Made by a program: the position numbers and the translations under genes. A stretch of 64,000 nucleotides of DNA from positions 7,007,632 to 7,071,631 of the forward strand of contig CM119271.1 in NCBI GenBank assembly GCA_051294375.1, written 5' to 3'. Below the pieces are notes generated by a model that had not been told where the DNA came from, ran no database searches, and worked only from the letters and a program-made list of their open reading frames with translations. Source of the stretch: Paraspadella gotoi. Lineage: Eukaryota > Animalia > Chaetognatha. Positions 55,856 through 64,000 of the stretch are shown in pieces. Positions within the stretch are counted from its first letter, which is position 1; each line of letters opens with the position of its first letter.

Positions 55856-58800
55856 TCACTTGAGCCTTTGAGTGACGTTGGCGAGAGCGACGGCGAAAGC
55901 CTGGATGGCTGTGAAGGGATACTGGAAGTCGAGAGTGTAGGCGTTGGAGTCGATGCGACCGAATTGCATCACCTTAAAAAGTGAGGAGGGGTCGGTGGAG
56001 GGTAACGCGGATATGATCGCGGAGAGTATCCCTGGCTATTTCACTCGCAAATTACTTACCTGGCGATTCTTAAACTCGATCTGAAAATTTTTGGCGGATT
56101 CTTGGGTGACGCGACCACCGAAATCCAATTGATAAACCTGAGAAAGAAGTGGATCGTTACATCATTTCGATCCTAGGCGCCGGACGAGTTTTTTTTTACC
56201 TGACTGGTTTCGTTCCAAAGCGGCGCCTTATTGTGCATGACGAACTCCCGGCGCTGCTGCAGCCTATGGTGCTGGCAAGGGCAGCAAGGCACGAAGAGGG
56301 CGCCGCGTCCTGCGCCGGCTGGCCCCGACGGCCCGTTGGCGACTGCGGCGGCGCCGACTCTCGGAAAACCCGCCCCGGGTGACGATGGGCGATTGGGGTG
56401 GCCGCAGTGGTAGTGAAGAGTCGCTCCAGTGGAGGAGGAGCATCCCTCTGGATCTTTCGCGCGAAGGGGTGTCGATAGAGAGTAGAAACAGAAAAAGAGA
56501 GAGAAATAGAGATAGATAAAAAAATATTCTTAATTCTCGACACACTCGGGAATAAAAAACAACAAGGACATCCTCGACTAAAAAAGTCAAAATTGCCTTA
56601 ATACTCACCGTGGCATCTGTGCTTGGCGCCCGCCTCGTCCTCGGCCGCGCTACTATTCGGCGAAACGGTGCACGAGGGCGAAGGGGACCGCGCGTTAGGA
56701 AAGGCTCCGCACTGCGCGTGCCGACCCCCGCGGCGCGAATGAGGGCAGAAGGGCGACATGCGAGGCGAGGTGCAAGTGGAAGAGCGTCGACCGGCGTCGT
56801 CGCGGCAGTCCGCGCCAGACTCGGACCCGCACTCGGAGCAAGAGGCTTCGCCAGTAGAGTCCACCTGGATTTCAAAGATGTTTCAAACGGTGACTGATGG
56901 TCGAAATTCATAACTGAGAAAATAAGGAAATTCGCTACCTGATGTTTATTTTTGCCCTTGACGTTTTTCGCGGAGTTGCAACTGCCACTCTTGGAACGAA
57001 AGCGTTTCGGATGCTTTTTCTGCTTTAACTTTTGTTGGATGTGAGCTTTTTGAAAAGTCTCGAGATTCTTGTAATTTTGACATGTCATGGAACTGAAAGA
57101 GAGGGCGGAGGGGGGGGGGATGGAGAATAATATTTTTTTTTTGAACGAAATGAACGTTTAGTCTTAAAAATACACCAGTTATTCAATTTATAAGAAAATG
57201 GTAATATATAGGGCGGTGATAGGTCAATGGGACACGGCCAAATTGTAAAAAAAAACCAACCTGTTGTTTCCCGCAGAAGGTCGTGCCGGTTCCGTCGCGG
57301 TGGCGGGCGCGTTGCGCGAGGGTATCGTCGATGCCGCCTCACCGAGCTCGTCCTCGCTGACGAGCATTTCCTCGTCCGAGGATTCCTGCGGCCGAGAAGA
57401 CCGCAGCCGACGGTGCGGCAGCAGTGGCGACTGCACTTTGTTCTTAAGCACCGGGACGCTGAGAAAAAAAAAAAGGACGTGGCGTTGACATTTTTTAAAA
57501 AATTTTACAGCCTATGGCGTAATAGAATGGGGTTATATTAATCTATCGCTGTTGAAATCACCCATCTTCATCATCATCATCATCATCATCACCCTTTTCC
57601 GGCGAGATCTCGGACATCAGGGGCGCCGACGGCCACCTGAGCCGGACGCCGAGCCGGCGACGTGACTCTGTGGTGGTGAGAGGCGAGATGGTGGTGTTGG
57701 TGGTGCTGGTGCGACGGCGAAGCGATTCTCGACAGGTTGGCCACGATGGGTTTGGCCGCGGAATCGCCGGCGCGGAGGCGGTCGCCTCGACGCCCGGAAA
57801 AAGGCGAAGACGGATTGGAGGTGGGGTGGTGGGAATTAGGTGGATGGTGGTGGGAATTGTGGTGGTTGAAGACGACGACGCCGCCGCCCGGCTGAGGGAC
57901 GCCGCCCAGCGACTCGGGCGCCGACGTGTTCATTATGAGGGTGGAGACGTCGGAGGCCGATTCGTCGCAGCTACTGGGGAAGGGGTCCGAGGGGGGGGGG
58001 AGAGAATCAAAAGTCTGACAAGGAGATGAGGAGAGGAGAAGAAGAGGAGAGGGAGATAACCTGGAGATGCTGGGCGAGGCGACTCGGGAGGAAGGCAGCG
58101 GAGATGAACAGGGAGAACAGAGATTCGAGTTAGACGAGTGGCCTCCGCCGGGATCCGACAAGGCTGTATCGTTTATTTAGAAAAAAAAAAATTAAATCAT
58201 TTGTTTAAAAAAAAAAAAAAATCCAAACATTTAAAAAATATTTTTATTATAAAAAAAAAAGGAGTAAAATTCCAGGACTCTCACCCAAAGAGGTTCTCTT
58301 CGGCGTCATGGGCGGCGAGAGTAGCACGAGCGATTCCGCGCGAGCGTCGTCGCCCGAAGCGGCGAGGGATTCCGCGTCGTCGCCGCGGAGTCCGGCGGAA
58401 TCACGAGCCGCACGCGGCGACGTCGGCGACCGACTCATCTTCTCTTTGGATTTACTCTTTTTCTCCTTGTGCTCCTTGGTAGTTTTATTGCTGAAGGCCA
58501 TTCGGGGGGGGGGGAAAGAGGTCGGTCGGGTTAAAAGCGGCTAATTTACAACTAAAGGAAGGTGGGTTCAATTCCAGCCTGACACCTTTGAACGGACTTA
58601 GCCGAAGGGGTGGGGCTGACGGCTCCCAAGGAAGCGTTGATCGATGAGGCGTTGGACATCAAACGACGCCTTTTCTCCATCGCCTGACGAACGTCTTCCG
58701 CGTTGAGATGCACCGCCTCCGGTTCGAACACAATGTTCCTGCAAAGTTATAATTTTAACAAAATGGCGAAGTCAATATGTTACCAGAGTAACGCGTGTTT

Positions 58801-60288
58801 CACTTTATAACTAAAATAATTCGTTTATGTTATAAAAATACACGTGTACAACCCACTACGAAATGCCAAATCTACAGCTAGCCGAGCTATTTCAGAAGTG
58901 CACAATAGTGCCAGGAGTAAATCATTAACCGCTTTCTCTTTTCAATTTTAATTCCTCATCACTCATCTTTCCCTTCCTCCTCCCACCTCCATTCTCTTTC
59001 CCTTCCTCCTCCCTTCCTCAATCCTCATCCTTCCTCTTTCCCTTCCTCATTCATCCTCCATCCTCTTTCCCTTCCTCTTTCCCTTCCTCCTTTTTTTTCG
59101 TGAGCGATCAAGAGAGCGAGAGCGAGAGCGAGAGAGCGAGATCGAGGGAGCAAAAAAAAGAGAGAGAATTCGGTACCAGTTTGGGTACGAGCGCTCGGTA
59201 TTCGAAGCTAAGATTTTGCTTTTGCTTTTCCAAGGCCATCAACTACAAAGAATCCAGTGAAAAAAAAACCTACTATTATCGAACTACAAGGCTAACACTG
59301 GAGTCTCTCGACGCTCGCCTGAGATTGCCGTTGAGGTCGTCCTCGACGTCTTCTTCGGTGTCGTCGTTGTCCCTGTTGGAGATGGAGAGCTTCCTCTCCC
59401 CGTCGACGAGGACGGTGGCACATTTGTTGTAAGGCTCATGTGGTGGACTTTGGACCGGCGACTGGGCATAGGGCACAGAGGGGGGGGGGAATGTCTTTGG
59501 TTAGAAACCGAGACGAAGATAAAACTCTGGAATGCGAGGAAAAAACCGGTTTTTTGGATTCGGAACGAGTGACCGATATCTGGGCAGATCGATGAGAATA
59601 AGAAAGTGGAAATGATGTCGTTGGAGAAGAAGAAGAAGAAAAAGAAAAGAGGAAAATAGAATTAATGTACAGATTTTCAACTGGCTATTTACTGTATGCA
59701 GTTGATAAATAAAATGTCGTTGTTAACTAGTTATCTGAGAGAAGTTGAAAAGTCGTTTTTGATCAAACAAACACCCTACAAAGAAGGTTGTTTCATATAA
59801 AAAAAATCTTAAAAGCAATCGCATAAGAAAAATCTGATTTGACCAACAAATTTTGATACTAAAAAAATCAAATTTGAGAAAAGAAAATTAATTTATAAAC
59901 AAAGAAAAAGGAAAAAAAAAAAGAATATAAATATAAAACAGTAAAATAACTTATTTTCGAGTTTAATTTTTAGCAAGTGCTAAGTCTGGAGAGACATTAT
60001 TGAAGGTACTTTTGTTTACTTTTAGCCCGCATAAGCGAGCAGTTTGATCGAATGCGACTCTCCCAGACAGAAGACAAAGTGAAACTTGAATCAGACTGAC
60101 AAAGTGAAGTAAAGACTAAAGTGAAGTAAAATAAAGTAAAGTAAAATAAAATAATAAAGTAAATATATATTGAAAAAAAATATTATTCTATTGATATTAG
60201 AATATTTAGGAAAAAAATCCACGAAAATTTCGGATGTAAATTTGGGAATAAATGGTGATAATAAAAGTTTTTAGAGGAAAAAAATAAT

Positions 60289-60355
<67 letters not shown>

Positions 60356-62580
60356 AAAGCAGCAGCAGAAGCAGAAGGAGAAAAGAGAGAAAAGAATAAG
60401 CCCCTGCAGAGCCAGCTGCAGACTCGTTTTTTTTCCCCTATGAATCAGTGACTCGGGAAAGAGAGAGGGAGAGAGACATGTAATTAAAAGAGAAAGAGAG
60501 AGAGAAAGAAATATAAAAATAAAAGAGAGAAAATTTGTTTGTTTTGATAAAACGTAAACAAAACATATTTAATAACTGTCCAGACTCAATTTTAAGCACA
60601 TCGATGATGAGAAGCTGTATATAAATTTTCAGCTTCATACACCCAAATTTAATCATAAAAAAGCGATTTATAATTTGGAACGCGACGACAACGACGACGC
60701 CACTTATGTTGCAAAAGCGTTACAATATCGTCGCAAACGCTAAGCGATTTCGACGATAAAAACTGTTAATCTATAAATAAAGTAATGACGTGAGAGGGAA
60801 ATTAAAAGCATTGTCAAATCTAATGGCTAAATGTAGGCGATTCACCGGCAAGGAGGCATCCTTTTCCACTTCCGCCGAGACGACCCGACGCCCGCCCGCG
60901 TCGAGCACGGCGAATGCGCAGATGCATGAACGACCGGGTTCCGCGCAACGCGTCGTCAACGTCGACCGCAACGTGGATTCCAAGGATCGGTTCTCGTTCG
61001 TCGGAGTCGGCGTCGGTCTGATAGAAAGGGAAAGCCAAAACGTAATAATGGAATAAGAGCATAATTGTATATGTCGGCAATGGGGACCAGCGCCCGTTCC
61101 CCTCACCGTATTCTGATGATCCCCGAATCGTCCTCGTAATCTTCGTCGATGAACTTGAGACCGTTGCATGCCTGATCGGCCCACTTGGCGAGGCTGTCCA
61201 GGCCGCCACCGTTGTGGACGATATTTCGAAGGCCGTTCTCCAGCAACTTTGAGGCGCAGAGATGGGGCGGGTCTGTCATGATAGTTCAAAGTAAACGTTA
61301 TTTAAATTTGGATATTCGGAACTGGGTCAGGAAGAAGCGATTGTTAAAAAAACGGACTGTACCCCGGTCGGCGAGATCCTTGATGACTCGTCTCTTGCAA
61401 CCCCCGACCGCGGCGATGCGCTGGAGCATCAACTGCTCCTCCGCCTCCGAGAGTTTCCCGTTCATTTCCGGTTGGGCGTCCGTTGTCGCTTTCGGCTCCG
61501 CCTCCACAACTCCGTTGACTGTCGCAGCGGCGGCGACGCGCGACGAAGGATCCTCGGCGACGCTTTTTTCGGGGTCGCCGAGATTTTCCGCATTTCGGAA
61601 GCGATTCGCGGCCGCGGCGGCGGCGGTAGCAGAGGCGGCAGAACCGCGGCGAGGCCTGCCTTGGCTCGGTTCAGACGACGGCTCTAAAGACCGAGCAGGT
61701 GCATCGTGGCGAGCCAGAGGCGGACTAAGGGAAGTCACTTGTTTTCGTTTGGGAATGGCACCTTGGGCGAGGTATCGCTGACTGAAAAAGGGCATGGCGA
61801 AGGGAGAAGAAAATAACATCAGCGACAACGTTCCAAGACTGACCCTCGTTTAACTTTTAATGCTAAAAAAAGTCGAAAGGCTCCTCACTTTTGAGTGGCG
61901 GCGAAGACGTTGTATTGATTCTGCTGACAGGGCACTTTGAGATTCGCTGCCCCGCCGACAGAAGCGGATTCAAGCGCGTTGTTGTGACTAGACAGAGGTT
62001 CGAGTCCTGAGTAAGGATAAAACCAAATGAGAACGCAAAAGACAATTATTTCAGGACGTCTGCGTCTGCTACTGTGTCCCGCTTTAAATCGGCACAACTC
62101 GAAATCAGAGATCCAAGGGCATCGCCTCTGGTTTGGCTGGAGGCGGAGATTCAGGCTGCAACATCCAAAATATCTTGTAACAAAGATAAGAAAATGTCAG
62201 CGCCCCAGAAACTGTATTTAACGTCACCATGACTAAAATGCTGTCGCTTAAGTCAACGAAAAATGCCGATGGGAGAGAGAATATAAAGGGGGCGACGACG
62301 ATCTGTAGCTAGCTTCATGGAGGTTATGAAAATACTAACTTCTTTAAAATTTATTTACTTGAATAAAGAAACAAGTTAGATACTTACCGTTAGCAAGGAT
62401 CGGTCTGTCTTGATTAAGGTAAGCTGGTGAACAAGATCTGGAACGGGGTTGGCTGAGAGGCGAAGATGATCGGCTAAGGATGTTGGGGGAGGAAGGAACG
62501 GGCGACCCAAAGTCCGAATCGCGGTCGGTGCTTCCGCTCGCGCTGCCCCAAATTCCTGAATTGGACAGGTCGACCTTTTT
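55856..62580 (-). CDS. TULP4: Tubby-like protein 4, 3' portion; N-terminal WD40/SOCS exons presumably beyond the window end
   Basis: C-terminal exons read FVMHNKAPLWNETSQ/VYQLDFGGRVTQESAKNFQIEFKNRQ/VMQFGRIDSNAYTLDFQYPFTAIQAFAVALANVTQRLK*; upstream low-complexity exons are assigned by strand and splice signals only. Confidence 0.85.
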
Positions 62581-62840
62581 GTATCGAGAGTTGCAACTAA
62601 CAAGTTATTTTTACACTTAAAGTTAAACATACAGTGCGTCCCACTGGTACTGTCGGTTAATAAAAGCTTACAGTATTTATTTTTAATAGAATTATCTACT
62701 TACCTCTTTTATATATTATTTTGATTGATTTATTAACAATTCGTTGAATAAATAGCTAATTTTTGTTCGGGCTTGATAATTCAGTCAATCACAATTCAAA
62801 ATAATATTTAAATATAAAATGAATTAGGGCAAAATTTTAC

Positions 62841-63047
62841 TTCATCAGTGGGCATTGGTGCCGGAGGCAAGTCATTCGCCTCTCAACCCAAAGGTCTGGG
62901 GTTCTAGCCCGGTGGCCGCCTAGCAGTTAAGAGGGACGGGGCGCTTAACCCGCCTGTAACACGGTGTTACAGCCTGATCCGAAGCTCAGGGACTGCTTAT
63001 ATTGAACGGTTCTGTCACTAACACAACAATAATTACTGTCTCTTCAA
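62841..63047 (+). mobile_element. tRNA-derived SINE, copy 2
   Basis: Near-identical to 26480-26688. Confidence 0.8.
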
Positions 63048-64000
63048 ACCATTTAAAAATACTTATTCCAAAAAAAATTATTACCTAATTACCTTAACCC
63101 TAACCACCCCTAACCCTAAAACAACCCCTAACCCCGGTCGGCGAAAATAAAATTAACCCTTAAATTAAGGGGTAGCCGCACTCAATGGAGTGAGTACATG
63201 TTCAAACGAAAATTTATTCATTTTTAGGTATACTTTTAATGGACAAAAAATTTCTAATATGGCTCTATACCCTAGTAATTAAATTTTTAATATTTATTTA
63301 TAGATAGAAAAGGCCAAAAATTGTTTTAAGAAATTTTAAAACCAGATTCAGTTGGCTTATAAAAAGTTGTTTACACAAAGTATAATTCTTTTTTAAATAA
63401 TTTTATAATAAGTAGATTAAAAATAAGAAAAACACGAAAAAATCATCATCATCATCATCTTTCAATGATTTTATCAGTTTTTTTAGTTCTTCACTGAGAA
63501 AAAATAAGAATTTTTTAAAGCTGTAATTATATTTCTAGTTTATCAAAAAATTTTAAGATTTAAAATTTTTTTTCTCTATATAGTGATATAATAATTTTAA
63601 TTAGGCGAGTACCCTCAAAAGAAAGCATTTTTAACAAAAAATATTTTAATACTAGAATCTAAGCTCATGATACATTATTTTAACGCTGTATACATTAGCA
63701 TTTAAATTCCATTGGCTATGGCTTAATTGGTTCATTTTTATTAAAATTTAATTAAAAATATATTATCACAATTATAAGAAGTTATCTTTGACATCGTTGT
63801 CTCGGAAAAAAATATTTAACACAGTTCCCCACGATATATAAAAGTAAACTGACAGTACCATTGGGAATCACGCTAAATTGGATTTTTTATGAAGACCACA
63901 ACTGATCGCGATTTGTACCTTCTCGTTTTTCGTTTTTTTTTTATATGAAATTGATACAACCAATACAAAAATTACCCATTCATTTAATAAATAAGCCTTC

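Overview
Eukaryotic (metazoan, probably compact-genome invertebrate) DNA with GC-rich exons, mostly short GT-AG introns and AT-rich, repeat-rich spacers. Gene order: intronless MTAP (+), UBTD (+), a large Ig/FN3 single-pass receptor (+), a GT31 beta-1,3-glycosyltransferase (+), a Spen/RBM15-family RRM-SPOC protein (+), Notchless NLE1 (+), attractin (+) with an antisense Pinhead-like triple cystine-knot gene nested in an intron, a degenerate RING-like gene fragment (-), phenylalanine hydroxylase (+) and the 3' part of TULP4 (-). One PAH intron holds a tRNA-Ser(AGA) and, about 52 bp downstream, a full-length but decayed DIRS-type tyrosine-recombinase retrotransposon. The most interesting signal is this element's layout. 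Its internal complementary region (ICR) lies near the 5' end rather than the 3' end, inside what looks like a spliceosomal intron splitting gag. A perfect 16-nt antisense copy of that intron's 3' splice site sits in the upstream exon, suggesting a splicing switch between mRNA and replication template. Also present are tRNA-derived SINEs sharing a covarying three-hairpin core, MITE/foldback elements and Helentron-associated (HINE-like) elements. All exon boundaries were read by eye and family calls rest on recognised motifs, not database searches.
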